Below are positions 61,552-64,000 of a stretch of DNA of 64,000 bases, one piece after another. The DNA comes from Halobacteriales archaeon QS_8_69_26 (GTDB lineage: Archaea > Halobacteriota > Halobacteria > Halobacteriales > SW-7-71-33): contig PXRX01000022.1 of assembly GCA_003023195.1 (NCBI GenBank), positions 14,041 through 78,040 of the forward strand, in the 5' to 3' direction. The notes below the pieces were generated by a model. The model was not told the origin of the DNA. It was given only the letters and a program-made list of their open reading frames with translations, and did no database searches. How positions within the stretch are numbered: position 1 is the first letter of the stretch; every line of letters starts with the position of its first letter. The translations under genes and the position numbers were made by a program.

Positions 61552-61640
61552 CCCTCGTTTCCGGTCGGGCGTCCCCCGGTTGTGTGCGCCCACCGCAATG
61601 ACCGTGCATCTTTAACGGGGAGCGTGTTATAACGACACAC

Positions 61641-61865
61641 ATGAGTCTGCTCGCCACGGTACGAGAGATCCTCGAATCCTCGACACAGTCCCCGAACCGC
61701 GGGGAAGCGACCACGACCGAATCGAAGGGTGCCTACTGGTGTGACGACTGCGACGTACGGATCCGGGATGTCGACGTCGAGGGCGAGGAGCCACCCTCCT
61801 GCCCGGACTGTGGCGACGAGATGCGGTTCGAGCGGTCGGCGGCGTCGACCGGGTGTGCCTGCTAG
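61641..61865 (+). CDS. Small CPxCG-type zinc finger protein
   Basis: CDDC...CPDCG, C-terminal GCAC; TATA-like TTTAAC about 30 nt upstream. Confidence 0.82.
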   Translation: MSLLATVREILESSTQSPNRGEATTTESKGAYWCDDCDVRIRDVDVEGEEPPSCPDCGDEMRFERSAASTGCAC

Positions 61866-61910
61866 ACCGGGGGAGCGTTTTTGCAGGGTCCGGCCGTAGG
61901 GGCGCCACAC

Positions 61911-62210
61911 ATGCAGCTATACCAGCGGATCGAACTGTTCCGTGACCGACTCGAAGAGTGGCTTCACGGCCTCTATCACGGAATGTGGGAGGGTCCCGCC
62001 CACGAGAAGATAGAGAAGGAGGCCGAGGACGTCGAGGACGCGTTCCTGTTCGCGTGTTTCGCCGACGCGTTCGGGATCCCCAGCCCCGTCTCCTACTACA
62101 CGGTCGAACTGCTCCCGTACCTGACCGAGGAGTTCGAGCAGTGGGAGCGCCGAATGTGGGACCGCGGGACCCTCCTCGAACGCAAGGGCCAGCAGTACCA
62201 CTTCCACTGA
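61911..62210 (+). CDS. Small CstA/ArsA-associated protein (cory-CC-star-like)
   Basis: EDAFLFACFADAFGIPSPVSYYTVELLPY motif; TGATG overlap with the ArsA-like gene. Confidence 0.75.
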   Translation: MQLYQRIELFRDRLEEWLHGLYHGMWEGPAHEKIEKEAEDVEDAFLFACFADAFGIPSPVSYYTVELLPYLTEEFEQWERRMWDRGTLLERKGQQYHFH

Positions 62211-63178
62211 TGGAGAAGTTCGTCTTCTTCGGCGGGAAGGGTGGCGTCGGCAAGACCACCGTCTCGTCGGCCTACGGGCTGAAGTCTGCGGCGGCCGGGT
62301 TAGAGACGCTCGTCGTTTCGACGGACCCGGCCCACAGCATCTCGGACGTGTTCGACCAGGGGTTCGACGACGATCCCTCGCCGGTCGACGGGCACGAGGG
62401 ACTGTGGGCGATGGAGATAGACCCCGACGAGGAGGTCGAAGAACACATGATGGAGATAAAGCGCCGGATGGGCGACCAGGTGAGCCCGGCCATCGTCAAC
62501 GAGATCGACCGGCAGATCGAACTGGCCCACCGGACGCCGGGCGCCTACGAGGCGGCGCTGTTCGACCGCTTCATCGAGGTGATGCGCGAGGCCGACCGCT
62601 GGGACCGGGTGGTCTTCGACACCTCGCCGACGGGCGGGACCCTCAGGCTCCTCTCGCTGCCCGAGTTTCTGGAGGACTGGCTCGACCGTCTCATCGAGAA
62701 ACGCACCACGAGCGTCGACCTGTTCGAGAAGGCCGCGATCGGCGACAAGGAGGCCCGCCGGAAGATAGAGACCGACCCGATCATCTCCCACCTCCAGCAG
62801 CGAAGGGAGAAGTTCGAGTTCGCGGGGCGGGTCCTCCGGGACGACGCAGCCTTCTTCCTCGTGTTGAATCCCGACGAACTGTCGATCAGGGAGACCGAAC
62901 GGGCTGTCGACGAGATGACCGGGTACGGACTGTCGGTCGACGGCCTCGTCGTCAACAAGGTCACCCCCGAACCAGACGACGACGACCGGGGACGGGGCGC
63001 GCGCTACCTGCGCGCCCGGGTCGACACCGAGCGGAGCCGGATCGAGGAAATCCGCGGGAGCTTCGAGCAATCCGTCGTCGGCACGATCGAGTCCCGGGTC
63101 GAGGAGGTGAAGGGGGAACTCCTCTCTGACGTTGCCGAGGAACTCCGGATCGAGGTCCAGACGGAGGCGACGGCCTGA
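62210..63178 (+). CDS. ArsA/Get3-family ATPase, single domain
   Basis: GKGGVGKTT, STDPAHS, FDTSPTG. Confidence 0.92.
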   Translation: MEKFVFFGGKGGVGKTTVSSAYGLKSAAAGLETLVVSTDPAHSISDVFDQGFDDDPSPVDGHEGLWAMEIDPDEEVEEHMMEIKRRMGDQVSPAIVNEIDRQIELAHRTPGAYEAALFDRFIEVMREADRWDRVVFDTSPTGGTLRLLSLPEFLEDWLDRLIEKRTTSVDLFEKAAIGDKEARRKIETDPIISHLQQRREKFEFAGRVLRDDAAFFLVLNPDELSIRETERAVDEMTGYGLSVDGLVVNKVTPEPDDDDRGRGARYLRARVDTERSRIEEIRGSFEQSVVGTIESRVEEVKGELLSDVAEELRIEVQTEATA

Positions 63179-63307
63179 CGCGGTCGCCCAGACGGCGGGG
63201 ACGTACCTCTGACGTCTCTGCTGACCCCGGAGTCCACGGACGGTCCGACGACGCTCCCGGACGTGTCGTCGGGCGACTCCGGTCCGCCTCCGCGACGACC
63301 ACCCCGC

Positions 63308-63493
63308 CTACTGGCTCTCCGGCGAGGACTCCCTCTCGGGGGATCCCCGGTCCCCGCTCTTCCTCAGTCCGCCACCGGTGAAGCCGGACCGGCCGATGTC
63401 GGTGTACATCCGGTAGTACCAGGCCAGGAGCAACAGCGGCACGATAGTTATGATCGCCAGGGCCACGATCGCCATGTCTGGAGCTGCGGACAT
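63308..63493 (-). CDS. Small single-TM protein (61 aa)
   Basis: MSAAPDMAIVALAIITIVPLLLLAWYYRMY...; AT-rich upstream region. Confidence 0.55.
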   Translation of the reverse strand: MSAAPDMAIVALAIITIVPLLLLAWYYRMYTDIGRSGFTGGGLRKSGDRGSPERESSPESQ

Positions 63494-63775
63494 CGTTCCA
63501 CACGGAGCTTGCACGTTGGCCCATACAATACTTTTTGAAAATTGAGCATCACTTTTGTGGTGGACTCCCGACCTGCCCGGGGTTTGTCGGATCCCCCCTT
63601 CGGCCGGATCCGGCGACGCCATCGGCACGACCCGGGCATCTCCCGCGCGCCGGATCACTTCAGCCGGCCCGGGTAACTCCCCGCGCCGGATCGGTTCACC
63701 CGGACCCCAGTTTGGAATCGAGGACAATTTTTAAGTGCTCAATTTCAGAACTCTGGATCGTAGAGGGTTGTTACC

Positions 63776-64000
63776 ATGGTTCAGGTATTATGGCTCGTCG
63801 TGATGGTATTGGTCACGTTCAGCATCGGGTATCTCGGCTATTCGAGGTACCTGGCGCAGTTCGTCGAACTCGACGAGGAACGGGAGACGCCAGCCCACAA
63901 GTACGAGGACGGCCAGGAGTACGTACCCTCGAAGAAGCCAGTTCTCCTGGGACACCACTACGCGAGCATCGCTGGCGGTGCGCCGATCGTCGGTCCGATC
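63776..64000 (+). CDS. cstA: Carbon starvation protein CstA, 5' part (truncated by window)
   Basis: TPAHKYEDGQEYVP...LLGHHYASIAGGAPIVGPI; TTTTAAG box upstream. Confidence 0.93.
   Translation, partial: MVQVLWLVVMVLVTFSIGYLGYSRYLAQFVELDEERETPAHKYEDGQEYVPSKKPVLLGHHYASIAGGAPIVGPI

Noticed and set aside
62210..63178. Arsenic resistance ArsA
   Set aside because: Single domain, no cysteines, no arsR/arsD/acr3 nearby.

Overview
GC-rich haloarchaeal (Halobacteriales-type) chromosomal segment with acidic proteins, Tat lipoproteins and a PGF-CTERM surface protein. Most of it is housekeeping or core haloarchaeal genes: RdgB, HemA, CofG, DeoC, ABCE1/RLI, thiolase, AOR, acyl-CoA ligase, a Dpp/Opp ABC operon, Agl23-like, and the start of CstA. 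It also holds tRNA-Ile(GAT), tRNA-Pro(TGG) and one lower-GC, tnpB-only IS200/IS605 (IS1341-type) element. No CRISPR array, integrase or prophage is visible. Most notable: (1) an array of hairpin-rich units downstream of tRNA-Ile, each re-copying the tRNA 3' end; (2) a TnpB element apparently inserted one base before a TGA stop and supplying an in-frame replacement stop; (3) a ~4-TM membrane module inserted inside an ABC ATPase domain; (4) a small-protein/Cys-free ArsA-Get3/CstA module with a shared motif in the divergent promoter; (5) pervasive 21-48 bp GATC-rich tandem duplications at gene 3' ends, plus several internally deleted genes. Family names come from motif recognition and recall only; no searches were run.
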